This document shows positions 8,650 through 19,906 of a stretch of 64,000 nucleotides of DNA, piece by piece (the stretch's first letter is position 1; every line of letters begins with the position of its first letter). Under the pieces are notes generated by a model. The model made no database searches, was not told the origin of the DNA, and saw only the letters and a list, made by a program, of their open reading frames with translations. The DNA is from an uncultured Solirubrobacteraceae bacterium (GTDB lineage: Bacteria > Actinomycetota > Thermoleophilia > Solirubrobacterales > Solirubrobacteraceae): the NCBI GenBank assembly GCA_964588985.1, contig CAZPQW010000015.1, positions 1-64,000 of the forward strand. Direction: 5' to 3'. The translations under genes were made by a program, and so were the position numbers.

Positions 8650-10349
8650 CAGCTCCGGTGGGTCGTCAGTGTGCGTCCGGCCTCGCCGGCGGTCACATAT
8701 GGATGGTCGGCGAGGAACGCGCGAGCCTCGTCGATCGCCGCCTGGCGTGGATAGTCGGCCGCTGCGGGTGCCGCGCGGTGGCGGATCGACACCGCGTCCA
8801 CGACGCCGCAGCGCCAGCCGTGCTCGCGCGCTAGCGCGGCCCAGTGGACGTCCAGCCCCCAGCCCATGCGCAGATCGGGGAACGGCAGCAGCGCCGGGAA
8901 GGTCGCACGCGCGAACGCGGTCACGGGCCCGATCTCCACGAAGCCGGTCTCGCGCACGACGCTTCCCGGCCGGCGTCGCGTGACCGGCCACGCGGCGTGC
9001 GAGTTCAAGCGGTGCGCTGGCTGCGCGAGCGCGAGCGAGAAGCGCTCGCACAGGAACACGAAACGATCGAGGAAGCCGCGTGGCAACTCCACGTCGTCGT
9101 CAATCACTAGCAGCCAGTCGTGACCCTCGGGCGGGTGGTCCGCGAGCAGTCGGTTGAGGTTCTCGAACTTGCCCAGCTCGCCGGGAGGGCACGTGCGCAG
9201 CTCGAGCAGATGGCGTGAGCGCCCGAGCTCCGCGGCGATCGAGTCGGCGAGCTCGCGTCGCTCGGGCCGCTGCACGCTCAAAGCGAGCACGCGTCGCTGT
9301 GGCGGCGAGTCGCGCGCGGCGCGCGCCAGGCGCAGCCGCCGTCCGCTCAACAGCTCCCACGCATCGACTGCCTCGTCGATTGCGGCACGGCGCACCGCAT
9401 CGACTCCGCCGACGGTGCCGCTGGTGCCCGACAGGAAGTCGTCGGCGGGAGCGGGCGCTGCGCCGTTCGACGCCGAGTGGACCGGCGTCGAGGGGGCGCC
9501 CGCAACGCGCTCGTGCAGGCCCTCGCGCAGCCGCCCCGCGCTGTGGGCGACCATCGTCAGGCCGGCCGGGCAACGGCGGCGCACGACGTGGCCGGCGCAG
9601 CCGGCGAGCGTCAGCAGCTCGCGTGCGAACGACGGTGCCTGTCCTCGCCGTGCGTCGAAGCGCCGCGCGGCGCGACCGCGCGCGTGAGCGCCGCGCATGA
9701 GCGAAGCCAGCCGCGCGTCGGCGCCGACGCGGCGGTGCTCCACGGCGGCCGCCGCCACGTACATCACCCGCGCGCCGGGGGTCTGCGTGCGCAGGCGTTC
9801 CTGCCACTCCTGCTCGTCGCCGCCGTGCTCGAGCGTCACGTCGAACGGGCCAACGCGCTGCAGGGCGCTGCGACGGATCGCCATGTTGGCGCCCCACGCG
9901 TAGCGCGTGTCGGTGTCGTGCTCGCCGAGGTCGAGGCTCGTGATCGGCGGCGGCTCGCGTCCGCAGCTGTGCGGTGTCCGGCCCTCCATCCGGACCCTGA
10001 TCGGGCCGGTGAACACGTCCACGTCCGGGTTCGCGACGGCGGCGTCGAGCAGCGCCTCGAGCCACCCCGGGCTCGCGCGCACGTCGTCGTCGACGAACAC
10101 CACCAGCTCGCCGTCCGAGCGCTCCACGCCGGTGTTGCGGGCAACGTTAAGCCCGAGCGGCCCGGGGTGGGGCTCGTAGCGCGCGCCGAAGCGCGCTGCC
10201 AGCGCTCGAGCCATGGGCGACGGTCCGGCGTCGTCGACCACGAGCACCTCCGCGCCGGTACGTGCGGCCGCCGGGGCGATCGAGGACAGCGCCACCTCGA
10301 GGTAGGAGAGGCGTTCACGGGTGGGTATCACGATCGACGCGGGTGTCAT
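8646..10349 (-). CDS. GT2 glycosyltransferase fused to a C-terminal DUF707-like GT-A domain
   Basis: MTPASIVIPT, VLVVDD, ARNTG, FVDDD, GANMAIRR; second domain IDDD...LAQPA...FVEIGPV...GWGLD; ATG at 10349 (the longer track ORF extension is a shadow). Confidence 0.85.
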   Translation of the reverse strand: MTPASIVIPTRERLSYLEVALSSIAPAAARTGAEVLVVDDAGPSPMARALAARFGARYEPHPGPLGLNVARNTGVERSDGELVVFVDDDVRASPGWLEALLDAAVANPDVDVFTGPIRVRMEGRTPHSCGREPPPITSLDLGEHDTDTRYAWGANMAIRRSALQRVGPFDVTLEHGGDEQEWQERLRTQTPGARVMYVAAAAVEHRRVGADARLASLMRGAHARGRAARRFDARRGQAPSFARELLTLAGCAGHVVRRRCPAGLTMVAHSAGRLREGLHERVAGAPSTPVHSASNGAAPAPADDFLSGTSGTVGGVDAVRRAAIDEAVDAWELLSGRRLRLARAARDSPPQRRVLALSVQRPERRELADSIAAELGRSRHLLELRTCPPGELGKFENLNRLLADHPPEGHDWLLVIDDDVELPRGFLDRFVFLCERFSLALAQPAHRLNSHAAWPVTRRRPGSVVRETGFVEIGPVTAFARATFPALLPFPDLRMGWGLDVHWAALAREHGWRCGVVDAVSIRHRAAPAAADYPRQAAIDEARAFLADHPYVTAGEAGRTLTTHRSW

Positions 10350-10424
10350 CTGTGGCAGACAGTCTAGGTTTGCGCCCGCTGCGGGACTCCCGGCTCCGCT
10401 CGCCAATAGGCTGCGGTGGGAGAC

Positions 10425-11573
10425 ATGGTCCTGTTCCTGCACAACCGCTACCGCACGACGGGTGGCGAGGAGCGCGTGGTGGAGGATCTGCTGTGGCTCG
10501 TGCGCGAGCATCTGAACGAGCCGGCGGAGCTGCTCGCGCGCAGCTCCGCGGATCTGGGTCAGGCGCGTGCAGCCCTCGGATTGATGCGCGGCGGCTTGGA
10601 CTCCGGGGAGGTGAAGCGCGCGGTGCGCAGCGGCGGGGCGCGTGTGGTTCACGCCCACAACCTGCATCCCGCGTTCGGTTGGCGGGCGCTCGCGGCCGCA
10701 CGAGCGGCGGGCGCCCGGGTGGTGCTGCACCTGCACCAGTACAGGCTGGTGTGCGCGGTGGGCGTGTGCTTCACCAAAGGCGAGGAGTGCACGCGCTGCC
10801 ATGGGCGCAACACGCTCCCGGGAGCGCGGCTGAACTGCCGGGGCAGCCGCCCGGAGGCGGCCGCATACGCGGCGTCGCTCGCGCTGTGGCAGGAGCGCCT
10901 GGTGGAGCAGGCTGACGCGGTGATTGTGCCGAGCGTGTTCGCGCGCGAGCGGCTGCGGGCGCTCGGAGCGCCGCTGCCGTGGGAGTGCGTGCACGTGCTT
11001 GCTCCGCCGGTGCGCGCGGCCGAAGCGCCTCCGTCGCTCGGCGTGGGCGACGATGGAGGAGGCGGCTCGGTCGGGTTCGCGCACGAGCGCTACGCGCTGG
11101 TGGTCTCGCGCCTGTCGCCCGAGAAGGGCGTGGACGTGGCGGTCGACGCGTGCCGGTTGGCGGGCATCCCGCTGGTGGTGGCGGGCGACGGGCCCGAGGC
11201 GGGTGCGCTGCGCGTTCGCGCGGGAGAGGGCGCGGTCCGCTTTCTCGGAAGCGTGGACGAGCAGGCGCTCGCGGGGCTGCGCGCGGGCGCCGCGATCGCG
11301 CTCGTGCCGTCGCGCTCGGCTGAGACGTTCGGGCTGGCGGCCGCCGAGGCGATGGCGGCGGGCGTGCCGGTGGTTGGCAGCGATGTGGGTGCGCTCCCCG
11401 AGTTGATCGAGCGCGACGCACTCGTTCCCGCGGGCGACGCGCGCGCGCTGGCGGACGCGATCGTGCGAGTGGTGGGTGACCGCGACGCCGGCGCGCGCGG
11501 GCTCGAGCGGGTGGGCGCGCTGTGTGCGCCCGACGCGGTGGCGCGTGCGCTGGGCGCCATCTACGACGGGTAA
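10425..11573 (+). CDS. Glycosyltransferase family 4
   Basis: LHNRYRTTGGEE, VHAHN, LHQYRLVC + Cys cluster, RLSPEKG, ETFGLAAAEAMAAGVP. Confidence 0.9.
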   Translation: MVLFLHNRYRTTGGEERVVEDLLWLVREHLNEPAELLARSSADLGQARAALGLMRGGLDSGEVKRAVRSGGARVVHAHNLHPAFGWRALAAARAAGARVVLHLHQYRLVCAVGVCFTKGEECTRCHGRNTLPGARLNCRGSRPEAAAYAASLALWQERLVEQADAVIVPSVFARERLRALGAPLPWECVHVLAPPVRAAEAPPSLGVGDDGGGGSVGFAHERYALVVSRLSPEKGVDVAVDACRLAGIPLVVAGDGPEAGALRVRAGEGAVRFLGSVDEQALAGLRAGAAIALVPSRSAETFGLAAAEAMAAGVPVVGSDVGALPELIERDALVPAGDARALADAIVRVVGDRDAGARGLERVGALCAPDAVARALGAIYDG

Positions 11574-11582
11574 GCTGCGGCC

Positions 11583-12575
11583 GTGCCTGTCACCTCGAGC
11601 GCCCTGATCACCGGCCTCACCGGCCAGGACGGCTCGTTCTTGGCGGAGCTGCTGCTCGAGAAGGGCTATGCGGTGACCGGGGTGGCGCGTGGATCGCGAG
11701 AGCGCTCGCTCGGCTCGTCCGAGCACCTGCGTGGCCAGGTGGACATAGTGGAGGGGGATCTGGAGCGTCCGGGGACGCTGCGGGCCGCGATCGAGGAGGT
11801 GCGCCCGGCCGAGATCTACCACCTCGCGGGCCCGTCGTTCGTGCCCGCGTCGTGGGAACGGCCGGGGAACACGATCGCGACGATCGCCGGCTCGTGCGCG
11901 GAGATCCTGGAAGCGGTCCGCGACATCGACCGTGAGACGCGCGTGTTCGTGGCGGCTTCCGGCGCGGTCTTCGGCGATGCGCCCGAGAGCCCGCAGCGGG
12001 AGGACACGCGGTGCCGGCCGACCACCCCGTACGCGATCGCGCGGCTTGCCGCGCACGAGCTGGTGGGCGCGATTCGCGCCCACGACGGGCTTTACGCTTG
12101 CAGCGGGATCGTGTTCAACCACGAGTCCGAGCGCCGGCCGGAGCAGTTCGTCACGCGCCGGGTCACGCGCGCGGCGGCGGCGATCTCGCTGGGCCTGCAG
12201 GACGAGCTCACCCTCGGCTCGCTGGATGCGGTCCGCGACTGGTCGTTCGCGGGCGACATCATGGAGGGCGCGTGGCTGATGCTCCAGCAGGAGCGTCCCG
12301 AGGACTACGTGCTCGCGAGCGGCGTGGGGCACACGGTGGCTGAGCTGGCGAGGACGGCCTTCGCGTGCGTGGATCTCGATCCGGAGCCGTATCTACGCGA
12401 AGACACCAGCCTGCTGCGGGTGGAGGAGTCGAAGAGGAGCACCCCCAACGTGGGCGATCCGACGAAGGCGCGCGAGCAGCTCGGATGGCGTGCGCAGGTC
12501 AGCTTCGAGGAGCTGATCCAGCGGATGGTGGACGCGGACCTGCGCTCGCTGCAGGCGTCCGCCGCGCGCTCCTGA
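11583..12575 (+). CDS. GDP-mannose 4,6-dehydratase-like SDR with altered catalytic residues
   Basis: ALITGLTGQDGSFLAELLL, FNHESERR...FVTR, LGSLDAVRDW; but ASGAVFG and YAIAR replace SSEMFG and YGVAK. Confidence 0.85.
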   Translation: MPVTSSALITGLTGQDGSFLAELLLEKGYAVTGVARGSRERSLGSSEHLRGQVDIVEGDLERPGTLRAAIEEVRPAEIYHLAGPSFVPASWERPGNTIATIAGSCAEILEAVRDIDRETRVFVAASGAVFGDAPESPQREDTRCRPTTPYAIARLAAHELVGAIRAHDGLYACSGIVFNHESERRPEQFVTRRVTRAAAAISLGLQDELTLGSLDAVRDWSFAGDIMEGAWLMLQQERPEDYVLASGVGHTVAELARTAFACVDLDPEPYLREDTSLLRVEESKRSTPNVGDPTKAREQLGWRAQVSFEELIQRMVDADLRSLQASAARS

Positions 12576-12627
12576 GCCGCCCTCTGGCTCCTGGCTCGTC
12601 CAATCCAGGCCCTAGACTGCGCCCCTG

Positions 12628-13878
12628 ATGCGCACCGTTGGCGTGATCGGGCTGGGCTACGTCGGCTTGCCGCTGGCGGTGGCGTTCGCGCACGAGGGCT
12701 GCGAGGTGATCGCGGTGGACGTCGACGCTCGCAAGATCGACGCGATCGCGGCGGGTCGCTCCTACATCGAGGACGTCCCCGACGAGAGCCTGGCCGCGGT
12801 GGCCGAGCGGATCCACGCCACCACGCGCTACGCGGAGCTGACCGCGGCGGACGCGGTGCTGATCTGCGTGCCGACCCCACTGACACGCAATCGCGAGCCC
12901 GACCTGGGGCCGCTCCTGGAAGCCACGCGGGCGCTTGCGGACGTGCTCCGAGCCGACCAGCTGGTGGTGCTCGAGTCGACCACCTATCCAGGGACCACGC
13001 GCGAGCGGGTGGCGCCGCTGCTGGAGGAGTCGGGCCTAGCGGCGGGCAGGGACTTCCATCTGGCGTTCTCGCCGGAGCGCGTCGACCCCGGCCGCACGGA
13101 CTTCACGCTGCGCTCCACCCCGAAGGTCGTCGGCGGGCTGACCTCCGCTTGCGCGGAGAGCGCGCGGGAGCTGTACGGGGTCGTGTGCGACGAGGTGGTG
13201 TGCGTGTCGAGCCCGGAGGCGGCGGAGCTGACGAAGCTGCTGGAGAACATCTTCCGCTCGGTGAACATCGCGCTCGTGAACGAGCTCGCGATGCTGACGG
13301 ACCGGATGGGCATCGACATCTGGGAGGTCGTCGATGCGGCCGCGACCAAGCCGTATGGGTTCATGCGCTTCGAGCCGGGGCCTGGGATGGGCGGGCACTG
13401 CCTGCCGGTGGATCCGTTCTACCTGAGCTGGCGCGCGCGCGAGTTCGACATGGCCACGGAGTTCATCGAGCTGGCGGGCAAGGTCAACCAGCAGATGCCC
13501 TACCACTGCGTCGCGAAGGCGCAGCGTGCGCTCAACGACCGTGGGCTGTCGGTCAAAGGCTCTCGCATCGCGGTGGTGGGCGTTAGCTACAAGCCAGGTG
13601 TGGGCGACGTGCGCGAGTCGCCCGCGCTGAAGATCATCGCGCTGCTGCGAGATCTCGGCGCCGAGGTCTCCTACCACGACCCGCACGTGCCGAGCGTGGC
13701 GGAGTTCTCGCTGTCGAGCGTGGATCTCGAGGAGGCGGTCGCGGACGCGGATCTGACGCTGATCGTCACGGCGCACCCGAGCGTCGACCACGAGCTCGTC
13801 GCCCGGCGCGCGCGCCTGGTGCTCGACCTGCGCGGGGTCACGCGCACGACGAGCTCTCCCGATGTCGTGCGCCTGTGA
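12628..13878 (+). CDS. Nucleotide-sugar 6-dehydrogenase (WbpA-like)
   Basis: GLGYVGLP, CVPTPL, LESTTYPGTT, FSPERVDPG, KLLENIFR, PGPGMGGHCLPVDP, DVRESP. Confidence 0.93.
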   Translation: MRTVGVIGLGYVGLPLAVAFAHEGCEVIAVDVDARKIDAIAAGRSYIEDVPDESLAAVAERIHATTRYAELTAADAVLICVPTPLTRNREPDLGPLLEATRALADVLRADQLVVLESTTYPGTTRERVAPLLEESGLAAGRDFHLAFSPERVDPGRTDFTLRSTPKVVGGLTSACAESARELYGVVCDEVVCVSSPEAAELTKLLENIFRSVNIALVNELAMLTDRMGIDIWEVVDAAATKPYGFMRFEPGPGMGGHCLPVDPFYLSWRAREFDMATEFIELAGKVNQQMPYHCVAKAQRALNDRGLSVKGSRIAVVGVSYKPGVGDVRESPALKIIALLRDLGAEVSYHDPHVPSVAEFSLSSVDLEEAVADADLTLIVTAHPSVDHELVARRARLVLDLRGVTRTTSSPDVVRL

Positions 13879-14594
13879 GCGGCGAGCGCCCTCACCAGCC
13901 GGTGGCCGCGGGCGGCCCGCTGCTCGGAGACGGAGTCCAGGTCGGCGAGGGCGTGGTCTTCGGCTCCTACGTGGTCGTGCACGACGGCACGGTCCTCGGC
14001 GACGGCTGCTCGGTCGAGGATCACGCGGTGCTCGGCAAGCGCCCGCGGCTCGCGCGCCACTCGCTCGCCAAGGGCGAGGTCGGCCCGCTGGTGCTGGGCG
14101 CGAACGTGAGCGTCGGCGCGGGCGCGGTCGTGTTCGCGGGCGCGAGCATCGGCGCGGAGGTGATCCTCGGCGATCAGTCCTATGTGCGCGAGCGCGCCTC
14201 GATCGGCGATGGTTCGGTGATCGGGCGCGGAAGCGTGGTGGACAACGACGTCGCGCTCGGTGCGCGCGTGCGGGTGCAGACGAACGTGTACCTGACGGCC
14301 TTCAGCACGATCGAGGACGACGTGTTCGTGGGGCCCGGGGTGACGACCACGAACGACGACACGATGGGTCGCCACGGTCCCGAGAAGCCCGCGCGCGGGG
14401 CGACGCTGCGGCGCGCGTGTCGCGTGGGCGCCGGGGCGGTGCTGACGCCGGGCGTGGAGATCGGCGAGGAGGCGTTCGTGGCGGCCGGCGCGGTCGTGAC
14501 CCACGACGTGCCCCCGCGCGCGGTGGTGATGGGCGTGCCGGCGCGGGTCGTGCGCGAAGTGCCGGGCGAGGACCGTTTGGAGCGCTGGCGCTAG
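13875..14594 (+). CDS. Hexapeptide-repeat N-acyltransferase (WbpD-like)
   Basis: Left-handed beta-helix repeats; IEDDVFVGPGVTTTND, VAAGAVVTHDVP...GVPAR. Confidence 0.88.
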   Translation: MSGERPHQPVAAGGPLLGDGVQVGEGVVFGSYVVVHDGTVLGDGCSVEDHAVLGKRPRLARHSLAKGEVGPLVLGANVSVGAGAVVFAGASIGAEVILGDQSYVRERASIGDGSVIGRGSVVDNDVALGARVRVQTNVYLTAFSTIEDDVFVGPGVTTTNDDTMGRHGPEKPARGATLRRACRVGAGAVLTPGVEIGEEAFVAAGAVVTHDVPPRAVVMGVPARVVREVPGEDRLERWR

Positions 14595-14597
14595 AAG

Positions 14598-15683
14598 CTA
14601 GGCGAGCGCGGAGCGCATCGCGGCGGCGACCTCGTCGGCCTGCTCGCGTGTGAGCACGGGGCTCATGGGGATCGCGAGATGGGTCGCGGCGGCGCGTTCC
14701 GTGGCCGGCAGCTCGACCCCCTCGGCCCACCGGCGCATCGGCGCCTGCAGGTGCACGGGCGTGCGGTAGTAGGCCTTGTAGCCGATGCCAGCCGCCGCGA
14801 GCGCCACTTCGACGCGCTCGATCTCGGGGCTCGCGATGACATAGAGGTGCCACGCGGGCGACGAGCCCGCGACCGCTTTCGGCAATGTGACGAGCTCGCC
14901 GAGGCCGGCGTCTTCGTAGTGGCGTCCGGCCTTGCGACGCCCGTCGGCCCAGCCGTCGAGGTGCGGCAGCTGCACGCGCAGGATCGCCGCCTGCAGCTCA
15001 TCGAGGCGCGAGTTGTAGCCGACCTGCTCGTAGGTGACCTTGTCGTGCGAGCCGTGGAAGCGCAGAGTGCGCGCCTGCTCGGCGACGTGCGCGTCGGATG
15101 TGGTGATCATGCCGCCGTCGCCAAAGCAGCCGAGGTTCTTGGATGGGAAGAACGAGAACGTCGCCGCCGTGCCGAGCGCGCCAGGGCGCTTCTCGCCGAC
15201 GAGCGAGCCGGCCGCCTGCGCGGCGTCCTCGAGCACGGGCACGCCGAGCGCCTCGATCTCCGCGACGGGCGCGACGTTGCCGAACAGGTGAACCGCGATG
15301 ACGGCCTTGGTGCTAGGAGTGAGCGCGGCGCGCACCGTCTCGGCGGTCACGCAGAAGGTGTCCGGGTCGACGTCGCAGAACACCGGCGTCGCTCCCGTCG
15401 GCGGGATCGCCTCGGCGGAGGCGTAGAACGTGAAAGAGGGAACCACGACCTCATCGCCCGGTCCCACCCCCATCGCGCGCAGGGCGATCGTGATCGCCTC
15501 GGTGCCGTTCGCGACGCCGACCGCGTGCTCGGAGCCGCAGTGGGAGGCGAACTCCCGCTCGAACGCGCTCACCTCCGGGCCGAGGATGTAGCGCTCGGAG
15601 TCGAGCACCCGCTCGACCGCGCCGCGCAGCTCATTGCGCAACCCGGCGAGCGGTGCGGAGGTGTCGAACAGCGGGACCGTCAT
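14598..15683 (-). CDS. DegT/DnrJ/EryC1/StrS aminotransferase (WbpE-like)
   Basis: GVANGTEA, GPGDEVVVPSFTF, VHLFG, EDAAQA, FSFFPSKNLG..GDGG, GYNSRLDELQAA. Confidence 0.93.
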   Translation of the reverse strand: MTVPLFDTSAPLAGLRNELRGAVERVLDSERYILGPEVSAFEREFASHCGSEHAVGVANGTEAITIALRAMGVGPGDEVVVPSFTFYASAEAIPPTGATPVFCDVDPDTFCVTAETVRAALTPSTKAVIAVHLFGNVAPVAEIEALGVPVLEDAAQAAGSLVGEKRPGALGTAATFSFFPSKNLGCFGDGGMITTSDAHVAEQARTLRFHGSHDKVTYEQVGYNSRLDELQAAILRVQLPHLDGWADGRRKAGRHYEDAGLGELVTLPKAVAGSSPAWHLYVIASPEIERVEVALAAAGIGYKAYYRTPVHLQAPMRRWAEGVELPATERAAATHLAIPMSPVLTREQADEVAAAMRSALA

Positions 15684-15687
15684 CGAG

Positions 15688-17688
<2,001 letters not shown>

Positions 17689-17692
<4 letters not shown>

Positions 17693-19002
17693 GCGCTCGG
17701 CTGAGCCGTGTGGCCGGGAGTCAGGGCGAGGAGCTCGGAGGCGTAGGCGAACACCTGCGTCGCGCCCCAGCAGTTCCACGGGTCGACCACCAGGCAGTCG
17801 CTCGCGGCGCGCTCGGCGATCCTCGCGAGTGCCTGCGGGTCGCGGAACTCGGTGTGGTTGGCGGCGATCACGACCACGTCGGCTCCCTCGATCGCGTCCT
17901 CGAAGGATGCGGTGGGCGTGGCCACGCGCGGGTCGTGCACGATCACGTCGGCGAGCTCGCGCTCGAGCAGCCGGATGAGCTTGTGTGCGAGTGAGTCGCG
18001 CTCGTCGTCTGTGTCGGCCTTGAACGCCAGCCCGAGCACGGCGACCTTGCGGTCGGCGAGCGAGCCGAGGCGTCGCTTGGCTCCCTCGAGCAGGAACAGC
18101 GGCACGGACTCGTTCACGCGCGAGACCGCGAGCAGCATCCCGGGTGCGGCGGAGCGCTCCTCGGAGAACGTGAAGTCCTTGCGCAGACAAGTCCCCGCGG
18201 TGAGGCCCGGCTGGGCGATCCCGCCGCGCGGGTAGTCGCGGTTGATCAGGTCGATGACGTCGAACACGTTCGCGGAGTAGCGCTCGCAGTCCATCATCAG
18301 CAGGTTCGGCAGCGCGAAGTTCGTGTAGCGCAGGATGTTCGCCCAGATCTTCGCGAGCTCCGCCTGTACAGGCGTGGTCTGCACGATCGGCGCGCGGAAG
18401 GCGCCGAACAGCTCCGCGACAACCTCTCCCGAGCGCGCGCCGACGCCGCCGACGATGCACGGCAGCGTGTCGATCTCCTCGAGGAAGCGCCCCGCGGCGA
18501 TCCGCTCGGGCGCGTGCGCCACGAACACCTCCTCGCCGATCTGAAAGCCGCGGTGCTTGGCCAGGTAGCCGGCGACGAAGTCGGTCGTCCCGGGCGCGAC
18601 GGTCGAGCGCAGGATCAGCGAGTGTCCCGGCGCGAGCACGCCGAGCAGGTCGTCGAGTGCCGAACGGATGTCGCGCATGTCGATCTCGATGTGCGAGAAG
18701 GACGGCGTGCCGAGCGTGATCACGATCTGACGCGCGCGCGCGGCGTCGACCACGCGCTCGGACAGTGACAGCCTCGAAGATCCGGTCCCGCCCGCCCCCC
18801 CCGCCACCACGCGATCGAGCACCTCCTGCGCTCCGGTCTCCTCGAACGGCATCCTGCCTTCGCGCACGGCGCCAAGCCGCGCGGGATCGTTGTCGATACC
18901 GACGACATCGAGGCCGCGGTCGGCGAACGACAGCGCGAGCGGCAGTCCGACGCGTCCGAGTCCGATGACCGCCACGTCCGCGGTGCTCTGAGCGGGGCTC
19001 AT
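17689..19002 (-). CDS. Nucleotide-sugar dehydrogenase (UDP-ManNAc dehydrogenase-like)
   Basis: VIGLGRVGLP, LRSTVAPGTT, HAPERI, AELAKIWAN, GTCLRKD, LGLAFKADTDDERDS. Confidence 0.9.
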
Positions 19003-19069
19003 ATACGCCAGAAGGTTAGCGGCGGGCACACGGGCGTTACCCCGGTAGCCAAAGCGCGGCCGGTCGCGA

Positions 19070-19885
19070 TCACGCGCGCTTGGCGAGGCGGTGGCGCGCG
19101 TACTGGCGCGCGAAGCCGACCACGAACAGCGGGTTGTAGCGGGCGTAGCGTCGCCACAGGCGCCGCGGCTCGCGCGACAGTCGGTAGATCCACTCCAGCC
19201 CGTTGCGCTGCATCCAGGGCGGAGCCTGGGAGACGAGCCCCGCGTGGAAGTCGAACGCCGCGCCCACACCCACGAGCAGCGGTGCGGCCAGGCGGGGGCG
19301 CATCCGCAGCATCCACTTCTCCTGCTTCGGTTGACCGGTGCCGACCCACACCACCGCCGCGCCCGAGGCGTCGATCGCGGCGACCGCGGCGTCCTCCTCC
19401 TCGGGTGTGAGCTCGCGAAAGGGGGGGGATTGGCTCCCCACGATCCGCAGTCCCGGGAACCGCTCGCGCAGTCGCTCTTCGAGCAGCTGGAGAGCCTCGG
19501 GCGTGCGCCCGCCGTACAGGTACATCGGCATCCCCGTTTGTGCTGCGCGCGCACAGAAGTTGGCCATCAGGTCCGGTCCGTAGACGCGCGTGGCGCGCGG
19601 GTATCCGAGGGCGTGCAGCGCCCACACGAGCGGCTGGCCGTCGGGCACGGCGAGCGTGGCTCCGAGCGTCGCCGCCATCGTCTCGGGGTCCTCGTGGGCG
19701 GACATCACGAGGTTGACCGCCGCCGCGGTGACGTAGCCGCGCGCGTTCGCCGCGACCATCGCATCCATCCAGTCGATCACCTCGTCGTAGTCGGACACCG
19801 CCAGCGGGACCTCGAGGATCGCGACACGCTCTGGTGGCGTGGGGATGCCCGCGGTGGTCGAGGTGTGAGCGTGCGGAGCGGCGAT
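19070..19885 (-). CDS. WecB/TagA/CpsF family glycosyltransferase (GT26); start uncertain, possibly ATC
   Basis: VPDGQPLVW, RVYGPDL, YLYGG, PPFR, VWVGTGQPKQE, GVGAAFDF, APPWMQRNGLEWIYRL.REPRRLWRRY. Confidence 0.92.
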   Translation of the reverse strand: MAAPHAHTSTTAGIPTPPERVAILEVPLAVSDYDEVIDWMDAMVAANARGYVTAAAVNLVMSAHEDPETMAATLGATLAVPDGQPLVWALHALGYPRATRVYGPDLMANFCARAAQTGMPMYLYGGRTPEALQLLEERLRERFPGLRIVGSQSPPFRELTPEEEDAAVAAIDASGAAVVWVGTGQPKQEKWMLRMRPRLAAPLLVGVGAAFDFHAGLVSQAPPWMQRNGLEWIYRLSREPRRLWRRYARYNPLFVVGFARQYARHRLAKRA

Positions 19886-19906
19886 TGCGTGAAGATACCC
19901 GCCCTC

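Noticed and set aside
10350-12332. N-terminal 660 aa of the 1228-aa minus-strand ORF
   Set aside because: Antisense shadow of two clear plus-strand genes; GT2 homology begins at Met 10349
19421-19428. G8 run in the TagA-like gene (similar runs near 18795, 21921, 40922) as phase-variation tracts
   Set aside because: Short, in frame and expected by chance at this GC content
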